DNA of 64,000 nucleotides from Rebecca billardiae RCC1528 (taxonomy: Eukaryota; Protista; Haptophyta), in NCBI GenBank assembly GCA_965240325.2, contig OZ251229.1, forward strand, positions 496,001 to 560,000. The letters run 5' to 3'. Position 1 is the first letter of the stretch, and each line of letters opens with the position of its first letter. The translations under genes and the position numbers were made by a program. Below, piece after piece: positions 1 to 12,845 of this stretch. The notes beneath the pieces were generated by a model. It was not told the DNA's origin and did not search any database. It saw nothing but the letters and a program-made list of their open reading frames with translations.

Positions 1-643
1 TGCTTATTATATTCTTCTAAGCTCGCCTAGGTGACGCGGCAAAAGAATCCCGAGCTTGCTACGGTCTGTGGTTCGTGAGATATAACCTCCGCCATCTCAC
101 AGTGAAACCACTGGGGAACAGTCAACAGGGCCCAAAAATCACATGGGCACCACGTTTTCGGCCATATAACTACCGCGGCTGCCGCTTGCCGGAGCTACTC
201 GCCGCTAGGTCGGCGGGCGGCGACATCGACTACGACCTCACCCTCATCCAAGTGCTCCGGAAGGCGCTCGGCAGCGGCGGCATCGCCATCTGCCGTCGCC
301 GCCGCGTGCCCCAGGCCGAGGCGGTGCTCCACCCCGGCCCGCCGCTCCCGTAGGGGGGCAGGGCTGCGGGTGGCGCACTGTCTGACCTGGAAGGAAGGCG
401 CGGACGCATTCTATGTGTCGTCTGTTGCACTCTGAGCCTGACGCTTGTCCGATGCTGCCACGCCGTTAAATATAACTACCGAACGGGAGCAGATTATCGA
501 GACGCGCGGTTTGTTTCCCGCAGAGCTCTAAGCTCAGCTTAGGTCTTCGCTCGACCACCGCGAACCGCGTTGCCGAGGTTACATGGGCAGCGGCAGCGCG
601 GACAAAAAGGTGCCAAATGCAAATCCACCGGACGATAGGCTCC

Positions 644-1432
644 TCAGACAGCGATCAGATCGAACTTTGTGCCCACCTTGTCCACGATCGCGCGGTTGAC
701 AACGGTGAAGTAGGAGTTCCACGAGTCCGCACCAAGGCTCCACGCCGCGCGCGCCGCGTCCGCATCGGCCGCGGCCGCAGCTCGTGCGAGCTCCTTCAAC
801 GAATACCCGGCCTCGTTCACGTAGAAGCGCGCCAGCAGCGCGTCTCGCTGCGAGGCCGAGTTCTCCGAGATGAGGAGCGCGTTGCCCATCAGGATGCACT
901 TGATCAGTGCCGCGGCGATGGGCGAGGGGCGCTGCTTGCCCTCGGCCACGGTGCCCGATACGGCGGCACTGACGGTCTCCCACGAGCCCTGCTCGATGGC
1001 CTTGCGCAGCGCCGCAAACTGCTCGCTGCCCACCTTGACGTCGTCAGCGTACTTGCTGTACCCGTTGTAGCGCTGCTGGAGCGGCACGTACGTGCACGCA
1101 TTGTCGACGCAGCTGCCCCACGCGTTGTACGCCGGCTCCTTTGCATTTGCGAGCTCCTTGATGTCGAGCTTGCGCGGTGGGACCACGGCGTAATCGTAGT
1201 AGAAGTCCTTCTGGATGAGTGCGCCCTTGTTGGTGCCGCGGTCACGATCAAAGAGCGCGTCCTTGGCGCCGCATGCGTCTGGCAGGAAGGCCGAGGCCAC
1301 TGCACCGCCCACGGCGAGCACCGCGCCCCGGCGGCCGATCTGCGGCGCCAGCGCCGCGCCGGTCGACGCACCTGATGGCGCGGCCGGCGCGACCGTGCCG
1401 AATGTGACGCAGAGCGCGATTGCCGCCGCCAT
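644..1432 (-). CDS. Plastid thylakoid-lumen protein of unknown function (possibly PsbQ-like helical bundle)
   Basis: 262-aa ORF. Hydrophobic signal peptide (MAAAIALCVTFGTVA), then twin-arginine plus hydrophobic Tat-like segment (GRRGAVLAVGGAVASAF..ACGA), then normal globular composition with a CxxNACxY motif. Confidence 0.6.
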   Translation of the reverse strand: MAAAIALCVTFGTVAPAAPSGASTGAALAPQIGRRGAVLAVGGAVASAFLPDACGAKDALFDRDRGTNKGALIQKDFYYDYAVVPPRKLDIKELANAKEPAYNAWGSCVDNACTYVPLQQRYNGYSKYADDVKVGSEQFAALRKAIEQGSWETVSAAVSGTVAEGKQRPSPIAAALIKCILMGNALLISENSASQRDALLARFYVNEAGYSLKELARAAAAADADAARAAWSLGADSWNSYFTVVNRAIVDKVGTKFDLIAV

Positions 1433-2054
1433 GATGATCTGATTACGACCTGTACGTACGATACAGTTTATTTGTTTTAACGTGCGTAAGGCTCACGGTG
1501 GCAGGTTGCCGCGCCATCCTTCATCGCACGCTCTCCGACGAGAGACCTGGAAACTGGTTTTGAACTACCCATGACCTCAGACGCAAGAGCACGCCAGTAC
1601 AGTTTACTATGTTTTAACGTGCACACTTGGTTAAGGCGTGATTGACGCCATCCAACACTGCACAAAGACACCGCCACAGTACGCAATAGGGAGTCCCCTC
1701 CCGCCGTCCGTGGTCCGTTGACTGACTCGGTCTTCCAACTCCAAGACAAGAGTAATACTGTCAGCTAACTTCGTAACTAGTAACTGTTGACCAATCTTGT
1801 GTCAATGATGGTGTCATCCGGTCTATCGGCGGCACGATTGAGCCCGCCACGCGCACACAATTCACGACTACGAGTCACGGACGCGGTACTGACTGCGGAG
1901 CTCGCGCATCAGCGAAGCGTGTGCGACCGCGCGAGCCGTCCGTGACGTCCGTCACAAGTAGTCGTGTACTCTCACCCATCGGAATTCGGACCCAATGCTC
2001 GGCGCTTCGCGCTGAAGCCCGAGCGCGTGTCGCAGCCTCCTCGTTCCCACGGCT

Positions 2055-3342
2055 CTACACGCGCGCCGACGCCCCCTTCTTCGGCGTCCCCTTTTTGTTA
2101 GCGGGCTTCGAGCGTTGCTTGCCCGCGCGCGGGTGCACGGTGAGCGCGCCGCTCGCCCCGGCCGCGGGCGCTGTGGACGAGAGCGCGAGGACAGAGCTCT
2201 GCGCCGCGCTGCCGCTCGCGATGGCGCCCATGTCGATCATGAGCGGGAGCGAGCCCGAGAGCGGGACGTGGTACTCGCGCGCCGGCAGCGAGTACTCCGC
2301 CGCCACGATCTCGAACGTGATCACGCCGGAGTCGTCCGGCCGGAGCTCGAGTAGCCCGATGTCTGCGGCCGCGGCCGAGCCGCTCGCGCCCAGCTTGTCA
2401 GCTGCCGCCTTTTGCCGCCGCTCCTTCGCCCACGTGCCGCCCTGGTACGGGTAATGGCAGATGGACTTGAGCAGGATCTCCGTCTGCCGTCGGTCTGCCT
2501 CCAATTTGTCCACCGGGTACGCGGGCTGCGTCGCCTGCAGCCGCCGGACGAGCGCCTGCCACGCGAGCAAGACCGCGCGCGCAAGCGCGTGCGGGCGGTC
2601 GCGAGATGAGCGTGCGCGTTTGCGCGTGCGTGCGCGCAGCTTGCCGGGGCACGGCGCGGGCTACGCGCCGCGTGGCGCCGCGTGCCCCGGCGCTCGGCGA
2701 GGAGGGGAGCGCCGCACCATGTTCTCGTCCGTGATCTTGCGCAGCTGCTGGTCGCGGATCATCTTGTTCACCACGGTCTGGTTGCGCTTGACCGTGTACG
2801 ATGCCGCGCCGCGCGAGTAGGTCACGTCTGCAATCTGCGTGTCCATGCGCGGCTCGTTGCCCGGGTTGAGGCGGATGCCCGGGAGGAACTCCCGCGACTC
2901 GTTGAAAGGGACCGATCGCATGATCCGCGCCATCTTACTCAGCAGGTGCTGGTTCTCTTTCTCCACCTCTCGCCACCGCTCTGCGGCCAGTGGCGCGGCG
3001 TGGCGGCGCGATGGGTCGCGTGCGTGCGCGCGCGCGTGAGCCGCCGCGTGGCCAGCGCGACGCCGAGCGCGGGCGAGCACGGCGTGCGGGCGTCGATTGC
3101 GCGGCCTCACCGTCCTCACGCCGCGCGCGCGCCGCGTTGCTCGACAGGTGCGGGTACTTTGGCATCTTCGGGTCGGTGACGCCATTCTTCTTGCCGCCCC
3201 ACTTATTGTCGATCGCGGGCTTGACCCGCTTCAGGTTACGCTTGTGCATGTCCTGGCAGTGGTTGATCCAGTGCGACTCGCACTCCTGCGAGAGGTACGG
3301 CAGCTGCCGGTTCTTCACCTTGCTCAGCCCGAACTGCTGCAT
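2055..3342 (-). CDS. CFAP97/KIAA1430 (Hemingway)-domain ciliary protein, 3 exons (3342-3111, 2980-2718, 2555-2055)
   Basis: GT-AG introns at 2981-3110 and 2556-2717 join three ORFs in frame: HKRNLKRVKPAIDN...REVEKENQHLLSKMARI...RKITDENM|ALVRRLQATQPAY..ICHYP, the repeated EN-xx-L-LxR/K pattern of this family. Confidence 0.75.
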
Positions 3343-3625
3343 GGCGGGCACGCCAAGGGGGGCGCACTGCCACGAAAGGAGTCGTTACGGGCGGCAAGGG
3401 TTTCCGAGGCGCCCTGCTGTTTCCCGAGGCGCGCAGCCGGCAGCGCGAGCGGCGAGCGCTGGCTGCGCACGCACCCGAGCACGCGCCGAGCAGCCGAGAT
3501 TTGATCTTGGCCCCAAGATCAAATATTTCATGAGATTCCGAATACCGAAAGCGAATATTGCCACGCGCGCGCGAAACGATCGCGCGTTCGGGCACAGCCG
3601 CCGCGACGAACGGTCACGCTCTGTC

Positions 3626-6600
3626 TCAGCGGACGGCGGGCGCCGTCGGCGCGGGCGGCGGTGCGAGGTCGCGCATGAGGGCGTCGGCGTCCGCGAGGCG
3701 GCGCGCGAGCGCCTGCTCCTCGAGCGCCTGCCGCCGGCGCGCCATCTCGGCTGTCCTCCGCTGCAGCTCGAGGCTCGCGGGCCCGGGCGGCCGCGGCGGC
3801 GTGCCGGGCGGCGGCCGCTTGCCCTTCTTGCCCTTGCTCCGCGCCCTCGGCTTCGGCTTGGCCTTGGAGGCGGCGCCGCGCGAGCGTCGCTCGGCGTGCG
3901 CGTGCGCGGCAGTGCCATCGCCACGCCCGCCCGCGCCGGCGCGCGGGGCGGTCGCGGGCCTCTGCGCGCCCGCGCCGCGCCTTCCGGCGGGCGAGGCCGA
4001 GGCGGACGTCCGGCCCACGGCGCCGCCGCCTCGGCCGCCGCGCGCCGTGTGCTCGTCGGGATGGTCGGGCGAGCCGCTCGGCCCGGCGTGCTGCGCTGCG
4101 CGCTCGGTCGACGCAGGCGTCCCGCGCCCCTCGTCGCGCGCCGAGCCCCCCGCCTCGTGCGCGGCGCCGAGCGCTCCGCGCTCGGCATCGGCCGCGCCGT
4201 CCGAGTGCGCGCGCGCGTAGCTGCGCCGCTCCAGCGAGGCGGGGCCGCCCTGCATGTACGCCGCCCACGCGTCCGAGCCCGGCCGCTGCTCGAGCGCGCC
4301 CGCGCGCTCGTCGCCAACGTCGGGCCAGCTGTCCTCGCCCAGCCACGCGGTCGCGGCGGGCGGCGGCGCCGGCCGCGCGCCGCCGCCGCCCGCCTCTGCG
4401 CCGCCGTGCCGCGGCGGCGTCGGCTGCCGCACGCGCAGCCTGGAGTGCAGCGCGAGCTCGACCGCCTCGCGCGAGGTGCGCGGCGCGCCGTGCGCCGCGG
4501 GCCGCGCATCCTCCGCCCACCCCGCCCCGCCGCCCAGCGCCTCGAGCAGCGCCTCCGACTCGTGCATCTCCCGGCCCAGAGAGTCGACGCCCGCCGCGAG
4601 CGCGTCCAGCCGCGCGCCGAGCGCGAGCGCGTCCGCGCGCAGGTGGCGCAGCGGGAGCGAGGCGGAGGCGTCGGCGGCGCTGGTGGCGAGCATGCCGCGC
4701 AGCGCGTCGGCGGTGCTCGTCGCCGGCGGGTACGGCGAGCGCGGCGCCGCCTGCGCCGCCGCCGACATTGGCGGCGAGAGGCGCGGCGGCGCGGCCGCGG
4801 AGGCGGCGGCGGCGCGCGCGCCGCCAGGCTGGCGGCTGGCGGCGGCCTCGGCGGCGCGCGCGGCCGGCGTGCCCGCCGCCTCGGCGGCGCGCGCGCCGGG
4901 CGCGCGCCCGGTCAGCTCGTGCACCGTCAGCGTGCGCACCTCCACCCAGCGCTGCGCCGCCAGTCCGGGCAGTCCGGCCGCGCCGCCGGCCGGTGCGGCG
5001 AAGGCTCCGAGTGTGCACGCGTGCGCCCACGCGTCCGGGCGCGCGCGCGCCGGCGGGTCGGCGGCGCGCGCGTCGGCGTCGGCCGGCGCGACGAGCGCTG
5101 CCGCGGCGGGAGCGCCGTCCGCGCCCGCGCCCGCCCGCTCCGAGCCGCCCGCGCTCGGCGGGCGCTGCGCCGCCCCAGCCGGCCGCGCCGCGCGCTCATC
5201 GGTCGGAGGCGAGGTGCCGACGCCGACATCAAAGCGCGCAGCCGGCGCGGCGGAGCGGGGCTGGCGAGGCGGGCTGGTGGCGCGCACGCGCTGCGCGCGG
5301 AGCTCCGACCGAGGCGGCGGGCCCGACGCCGCAGGCCGCGCCGCCAGCGCGCGCCGTTCGGCCGCGCCCCGACTCGCCGCCTGGATCAGCATGGCCGCCG
5401 CACCCTCGCGCTCGCGCTCAGACGGCCCGGCGCCGCCGACGCCCGCGCCGGCGGGGGCGGCTGCGCGCGGCTGCGCCGGCGCGGCGAGCAGCGCCAGCGG
5501 GTCCGCCACGCCCTCCTCGGCCCCGCGCGCGGCGGCGCCCGCGGCGGCACGCGCCGGCGGCGCCGCGCCCGTGCGCGCCTCCGCCAGCGCCGACGGCGAC
5601 GGCGCCACTCCGCCGCCCGCGCGCTCGGGCGCGGCTGCCGCGAGCAGAGCCAGCGGGTCGGCTGGCTCGTGCCGTGCGCCCTCGTGCGCGCCTTCGGACG
5701 GCGCGGAGGCGTGTGCGCTCGCGCGCGCCGATCGCGCCGCGCCCCCGCTGCTCGATGGCGAGCGCGAGCCGCCGTCATCGCGCGCAGGCGTGTGCGGCTG
5801 CGCCCGCTGCGCGCCGTGCGCGCCGCCGGGTGGCGCTGTTCGCCCCGCCGCCGCCTCCTCCTCCTGCTGCGGCTGCTGCGGCGGCTGCTGCGGCTGCGGC
5901 GGCTGCTGCTGCTGCGGCTGCGGCTGCGGCTGCGGCTGCTGCGGCTGATGCTGCCACTGCTGCTGCTGCGGCTGCTGCTGCTGCGGCTGCGGCTGCTGCG
6001 GCTGCTGCTGCCACTGCTGCTGCTGCGGCTGCTGCTGCTGCTGCGGCTGCTGCTGCTGCGGCTGCGGCTGCTGCGGCTGCTGCTGTCCCGTGCCGCCCGG
6101 CGGAGGCGCAGCGCCCAGCTGGGCGAGCGGGTCGAGCATGCCGCCCGGCGGCCTCGGGCCGAGCCGACCCAGCGCAGCCACGCGCACAGGCCCCTCCGCC
6201 TCCTCCGCCGCCTCCTCCTCCGCCTCCTCCTCCGAGTCTGCGTGCGTGCGCGCGGCGGCTGCACCGCTCAGCCGCACGAGCCGAGGCGGCGCGTGCGCGT
6301 ACGGCGGCGGCACGGGGCCGGGCGCACCGTCGGCCGGCGCGGCGGGAGCACCGCCGTCGGCCGCGCGCGAGGGCTCGGGCCGAGCACGCTCGGCGCGCGC
6401 GGACGCGACGGCGCGCGCCGCCTGCTCGTGCGCGCGGGCCGGGAGCAGCAGCCGCGGCGGCGGCGGCGTCCGCGCCGCTCGCGCGCCGCTCGGCGGCAGC
6501 GGCAGCGGCAGCGGTGGCGGCAGCGGTGGCGGCGAGGCTGCGAAGTCACGCGGCGGCGAGGCGGCAGGCTCGCGCTCGCGCGGCGGCGGAGACAGCGACG

Positions 6601-7807
6601 CCGCGCTGCCGTCGCGCGCGCCGTGCAGGTCGCCCGTGCGGTGCAGCTGGCCGCGCGCCGCGGGCCGGCTTCGCTGCGCCGACGGTTGCCACAGGAAGGG
6701 AAGCGCTCGGGGCAGCGGCGGCGGCGGCGACGCGGCGGGCGCGAGCGCGCGCGCCGCCGGCTGAGCTGCGAGCTCCGAGGCCGCGGCGGGCGGCGCAGTG
6801 GCACACCCGGAGGCAGCGGCGCTCTCGAGCGGCGCCAACGACGGCGTGGGCGGCCCGAGCCCCGCCGAGCTCGCGCCGTCCGCGGCCGAGCACGCCCCCG
6901 CGCGCTGCGCCGACGCGCACGCGCTCGGCGCGCGCGCGTCGGCGCAGCGCGCGGCCGCATCACTCGCCGCCGCCTCGAGCGCGAGGAGCGGATCGGTCGG
7001 GCCGGCCGAGGGCGGAGGGGGCTGCGACGGCGGTGGCGCCGCCGACCCCGCCGACCCCGCCGCCGCCGCCGCCGCGCGGAGGGGGTCCGCCGCCCACCCC
7101 GCTCGCTGCGGCGGCTGCGTGGGCGCGCGGCCGAGCGCCGCCGCGTCCTGCGGCGCTGCGCTGCGCTCGGCTGGGGCAGCCGGCAGGGAAGGGCGCTGGG
7201 CGCACGCCGGCGCGGGCTGGGGCGGAGCGCACGACGCGACGAGCGCCTGAAGCGGATCGGCCGGCGGCGAGAGGCGCGGCTCGGAGCCGCCGCTCTCGAG
7301 CGCCGCGTGCGGCGGCGCCGCCCGCGGCGCGCGCCGCTGCGCGCGCGCCGCAAACGGATCACGCGCGGCGGCGGGCTCGGGCGGCGGGGCGCGCGCCGCG
7401 GCCGGCGGTGCCGAGTGCGGGCTGCTGGCTGCTGGCTGGGCCGAGGTGCACGGCGCGTGCGCGGGTGGCGCGGCACGCACTGCTGCTGGCGCGCACGCCC
7501 CGCCCGTCGACTCCGCGCACGCCGCGGCCGCGCACGCAACGCCGCCCTGCCGGTCTGCGCACCGCGCGCCGCCGCGCGGAGACGCGCCGTCGGCTGCGAG
7601 CGCCGCGGCCGCCGCGCGGGGCGGGGCGGGGCTGACTGTGGCGGCGGTGGGCGGCGGCGGCGCGGCGCGGCGTGGTGCGTGCCGGTCGGCGGCCTCGGCC
7701 TCGGCCTCGGTGGTGCGCGCCGCGCCGCCGCCCTCCGCGACGCGCTGCCCCGCCTCCGCCTCCGCCTCTGCGCGTGCCGGCCGCGCGCCGCCCTCCTCAG
7801 GTGCCGC

Positions 7808-7840
<33 letters not shown>

Positions 7841-8455
7841 CGCCGCCGCCTCCTCCGCCGCCTCCGCCGCCGCCTCCGCATCGGCGTCGGCGTACACGCG
7901 CGCCCACTCCTCCGCCGTGCTGCCTCGGCCACGCAGCAGCGCCAGCGCGGCACCGGAGGGCGTCACGCCCGCGCGGCCGAGCTCGTCAGCCGAGCTGAGC
8001 GCGAGCTCGCGCGCGCCCTCGGCACCGCCACCACCGCCCGGCCCGCCGCCGCCCCCGGGGCGCCGACGCGGGGGGAGGCGGAGGAGCTGCGCGACGAACG
8101 GGGGATAGTCCGGGTCCGCCTCGCACGACCAGTCGAGCGGCGCGCCGGCCACGTGCGGCGCGCCCTCGCGGAAGCCGGCGTTGGCGGCCTCGATCTCGGC
8201 GCCGAGATCGGGCTGGAGCGCGGCCGCGCGCTGCAGCAGCGCATCGTACCGTGCCTGCGCGCCCAGCCCTGCAAAGGGCACGCGCAGGGTGCGGCGCGTG
8301 CGGAGCGCGGCGCGCGCGGCGCCGTCGGCGAGGGGCAGCGCCCAGCTCGCGAGCACGGCGACGAGGAGCTCCTGCAGCGCGCTCTGCGGCGCGAGCTCGG
8401 GCAGCGCCTGCAGCCGCGCCACGCCGAGCACAATGGCCGCCAGCTCGCGCTCAGA

Positions 8456-8510
<55 letters not shown>

Positions 8511-11500
8511 GGGGGCAGGGCCCAGAGTGCGCGCGCGCCGCGCAGCGCGGCGGACAGCTCGGCGCGCGCGTGCAGGAACCAGCACAGCCGGCAGAGCAGG
8601 CGCAGCGCGGGCGCGGTGGCGCGCAGGGCCGCGCCGTCCGCGCCGTCCGCGCGCGCCTCGGGCTCAGCGCCCGCGGGCGCGCCGCCGCCGCCGCCGCGCG
8701 CGGCCGCGTCGGCCCGCGTTGGCGGCTCCGGCGGCGGCCACACGCGGAGCAGCCGCGCGGCCGCCTGCAGCCTGCGGCTGAGCTGCGCGCGCGAGAGCAG
8801 CTCGGCGCGCGCGTCCGACGTCGAGTGGCGCGCACCGCGCGGCGCGGCGCCGCCGCCGCCCTCGCCGCCCGCGCGCTCCGCGCCGCCGCCCTCGGCGCGG
8901 CGCGCGCCGGGCGACGATCGCGCGAGCTCGCTCCAGCGCGACGCCTGGCGCAGCAGCTGCGGCGAGGCGTCGAGCGGCGAGGGCTCCGGCAGCGGCACCG
9001 CGTCGGGCACGCGCAGCGGCAGCGCGGCGCACAGCGCCGCGGCGCGCGCGAGCTCGCGCCGCGCGATCGCCGCGCGCAGCCGAGCGCTGAACGTGCGCAG
9101 CGCGCGCGCCGCGGCGGGCGGCGCGGCGGCGTGCGCGCGCGCCGCGCCGCCCTCGGCCTCCGCCAGCGCGGCGGCGACGCGCGCGTGCCCCGCCGCGCTG
9201 CCGTCGAGCCCGCCCTCGAGCGCGGGCGGCAGCGCGCGCAGCAGCCAGCGCAGCGCGCGCGCCGTCGGCATGGGCAAGCGCGCGCCGAAGGCCGGCGCGG
9301 CGCACTCGGCCGCCAGCACGCGTACCGCGGCGGCTGGGTCGGCGCAGCGCACGCACACGCGCGCGGCCTCGAGCGGCGACGCGCGGCCCGCGAGGCGCAG
9401 CATGCGCGCCGCGGCGTACGCGCTCCACAGCGAGGGCGGCGGCGCGTCGCGCGCGCCCTCCAGCAGCGCGTGCGCGGGCACGCGCGCGGGCGGCGCGGAC
9501 GCTTCCGAGAAACGGCGGCGCGGCGCGGCGCCGCCCGCCGCGCCGGGCTGCACCGTGAGCGGCGAGGGGATGGTGACGAGCTCGGGCGCGCGCGCCGCCG
9601 GCGTGGCGTCGTGCGCCGAGTGCGCCGCCGTGTGCTGCGCGCGCACGCACCGCGCCACCACGCCGCCCAGGCAGCCGACGAGCCAGGCGCCCTCGCGAGC
9701 GCGCGCGTCCGCGTCCGCGCCGCCGCCGCCCGCCGCCGCCGCCGGCGCGAGGCCGGCGATGGCGATGCGAGTGCTGCGCGCGGCGCCGCCGGGCGGCCTC
9801 GGCGCGCGCTCGGCGCGCGCGCCACCGCCGCCGGGCTGCAGCGCCGGGTCGAGCGGCGGCGCGCCCTCCGCCACCAGCCTCAGGCGCGGCAGCACGAGCG
9901 CGCTCGCGTCCGCGGGGCGCGCGCCGCCCAGGTGCGCGAGGAGCAGGGCGCGCATGCCGAGGGCGCCGGCGGCGCGGTACTCCGCGTGCGCGGCGGCGTG
10001 CTGGGCGCGCAGCGCGTGCATGTGCCCGCGCATCAGCGCGACCGCCTCCGCCGCGCTCGGGCCGCCGCCGCCGCCGCCCTCGCCGTCGACGCCACCGCCC
10101 GCCGCCGCCGCCGCCGCCGCGCGCGGCTCCGCGCCAGACGCGCCGCGCGCCGCTCCCGCCGGCAGCGGCCGCTGCGGGGCGGCGGTGGCCGCGCCCGCGC
10201 TGAGCGCGCGCGCAAGCCGCAGGGCGGCGAGCGCGCGGCGCCAGCGCGCGGCAGCGGCGAGCCGCGCCGCCTGCTCGCTGCCAAGCAGCCCGCGCGCCCG
10301 CGACAAAACGACCAGCGGCGGCGCCGCGCTCGCGCCGCCGGCCGCCGCGCTCGCGCCGCCGGCCGCAGAGGGTGCGCCGCCGCCGCCGCCGCCGCGCACT
10401 GCTTCGCCTGGCTGCTGCTCGCGCGCCGGCAGCAGCGCGCCGGCGGCGGCGGGGCGGTGGTAGGCGTCCAGCTCGGCAGGCGCCTCGGGCGGCGCGTCGC
10501 TGCTCGCCTCGACCAGCGCCACCGCCGCCGGCGCGCGCCGCGCCGAGGCGGTCTGCTGCGCCGCCGCGCCCGGCGCGGGATGCGCCTGCGGGGGCGCGCG
10601 CGCGCACAGCGCGTGCGTGCGCGCCTCGGCGGCGGCGACGATGGCGGCGGCCGCGCCGCGCGCGTCGCGCACGCCCTCCGCCGCCGTGCGCCACGCCGCG
10701 AGCACCGCGCCGTCCACCACGTCGAGCAGCGCGTTGAGCGCGCGCACGCTCGCGCCCTCGCCCGCCGCGTCGGCGCGCCCGAAGGCTGCGTGCACAAACG
10801 GCGCGGCACCCGCGGCGTCGGCGCGGAGGAGCGCGGCGAGGGCGGCGCGGGCGCACGCGCTCGCGCGCTCGAGGGGCGCGCGTTCGAGCGCGGGCTGCGC
10901 GGGCTGCGTGAGCCAGAGCGAGAGCGCGTCGAGCGCGGCACCGCCCAGCTCGTGCGCCGCCGCGCGCGCAGCCTCAGACACGCCGCCGGCCGCGGCGTGC
11001 GCCGCCCACGCCGCCTGCGCGCGCGCCGCCGCGTCGGCCGCGCGCGCGCGCACGTGGCCCAGCGGCTCCTCCACGTCGAGGGCGAAGGTGCGCACGTGCA
11101 GGCCCGTCGCCGCCGCTCCCTCCACCAGCTGCCCGCCGCTCCCGAGTCCGCCGCCCGCGGCGCGCGCCGCGCTCGGCGCCCGCGCTGCGACGGCCCACGT
11201 GAGCGGGCCGCTGCCTGAGCCCCCTCCGGCCGCGGCGGCGGGTTCGGCGGCGGCGGGGCCCGGCCTGCGCGCCGCCGCGCCCGGCGCGAGCGAGATCGTG
11301 GAGAGGTGCTGCGCGCCGCGCGAGACCACGCCGACGGCGCCCTCCTGCGTCAGAACGAACGCGCACGCGCCCGCAGGCGCCCAGCACACCGCGCGCGCGC
11401 GCCCGAGCTGGGAGCCGCGCAGCCGCGCGTGCGCGGGCGCGCCGCGCGGGCCGAGCCAGACGAGCAGCACGCACGACACAGCCCCAGCCGAGCCGCGTGC

Positions 11501-12730
11501 CGGCTCGACACCCGCGCCGGCCGCCGGCGGCGCGAGAGTCGACGCACTCCCACCGCCGCCATTGCCGCCGCCGCCGCCGCCGCCGCCGCCGGCTGGCGTC
11601 GAGCGCCGCAGGCCGAGCCGGGGCACCGAGAAGCGGTGCCCCGGCTCGTTCGGCGGCGGCTGCAGCGCGGAGCTGCTCGAGGCGGGGCTGCTCCGGCAGC
11701 TCGGCGAGGACGACCCCTCACCACCACCGCCGCCCGCGCCCGCACCGCCCGTCGCTCCGGCCGCCGCCGCCGCGACTGTCGCGACTGCCACCACCGCACC
11801 CGCGCCCTCAGCGCACGCGCACAGCACCTCCGCGGGGGTGGCGGCGCCGAGGCCGTCGGACAGGCGCCAGCGCTGCTGCGCCGCGCGCCCTGGCGCGCGC
11901 CCGATCGGCCGCCGCCCAACGCCCACCTCCAGCGCGCCGTCCGCGCGCACCGCCGCCCTCGCCAGCTGCACACACCAGCCGGAGTCAGCTGTGAGCGCGT
12001 ACGCTGCGGCGGGCGCGCTGCTAGCGACGAGGCGCTCCGCCGCCATCGTCGCGGGGCTCGGCGGGAGCGGCGGCGGCGCGAGGCGCGCCCACGCCGCGCC
12101 GCCCGCCCACACCCACGCCGAGCCGTCCGCGAGCAAAGCCAGCACGTGCCGCCCGTCGTCCGCGCACCGCAGCTCGAGCAGAGAGTCGAGAGCGCCTGGC
12201 GCTGCGGCCGCGGCGAGTGCGGCGGCGGACGCGGCCTCGGCGGCGTCGGCGTGCGCGCCGCCGCGGAAGAAGAGGCTCAGCGCCGAGCGGCGCGGCGCGG
12301 CCGCCGCCACATCGCGCGAGGCCGACGACGAGCCCGACGGTCGGCGCGGCAGCGCGGCCGCTTCCGAGCCGCCGGCCGCGCCGCCGCGCGGGCGCAGCGC
12401 GGGCAGCGTGAGGACCTCGCCGCTGAGGCGGTCCCAGAGGACGACGGCGGCGGTGTGCGCCGCGACAGCCAGGAAGCGGCCGTTCGGCGAGCACCCCGAG
12501 CCGAGCAGCGGCTTGTCCGCGGCGCCGCGGCCGTGGAACGGAGCGAGCGGCGACGGCGGCACGTCGGCGCGCGGGCACGCGCCACTGGCGTGCAGCTCGG
12601 CGACGCGCGTGCGATCGAGGAGGAGGAAGGCGACAGGATCTGCGCGTGCCGGCTCGACCGCCGCGGCGTACGCCAGGCGCTCGAAGGGCTTCTTGCGCTG
12701 CACGCTGATGGAGAGCGCCAGCGGCGGCAT
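3626..12730 (-). CDS. CPLANE1: CPLANE1 (C5orf42/JBTS17)-like ciliogenesis protein, ~3034 aa, Ala/Pro/Gly-expanded
   Basis: Uninterrupted 9.1-kb ORF, likely ATG at 12730. N-terminus QRKKPFERLAY..AFLLLDRTRVAEL..SPNGRFLAVAAHTAAVVLWDR resembles the recalled human N-terminus (KQKKPWPRVSW..VFLLDDKFINEI..SSNDAWLAGVLTTGELFLWNK). Similar total length. In-frame introns cannot be excluded. Confidence 0.65.
5865..6085 (-). repeat. Coding CAG/CCG trinucleotide tract (poly-Q/P)
   Basis: (CTG/CGG)n on the + strand encodes QQQPQQPQ... within the large ORF. Confidence 0.9.
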
Positions 12731-12845
12731 CGCCCTCGATTGAACGCGAGCACCCGCCTCAGTGCGGAGGCCCTGGACAAGGCGCCGCCGCCGTTGGCAG
12801 CGGAGAAACCCCGGACGGCTGCAGAGCAGCTCTCTCATCCGCACG

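Noticed and set aside
75-353. Short ORF at the window start
   Set aside because: No ATG start, no motif, and context is cut by the window edge.
2990-11218. 2742-aa + strand ORF and other long Arg/Ala-rich ORFs (e.g. 18382-22668 -, 56827-60672 -)
   Set aside because: Shadow frames of real genes in very high-GC DNA where stop codons are rare; no motifs.
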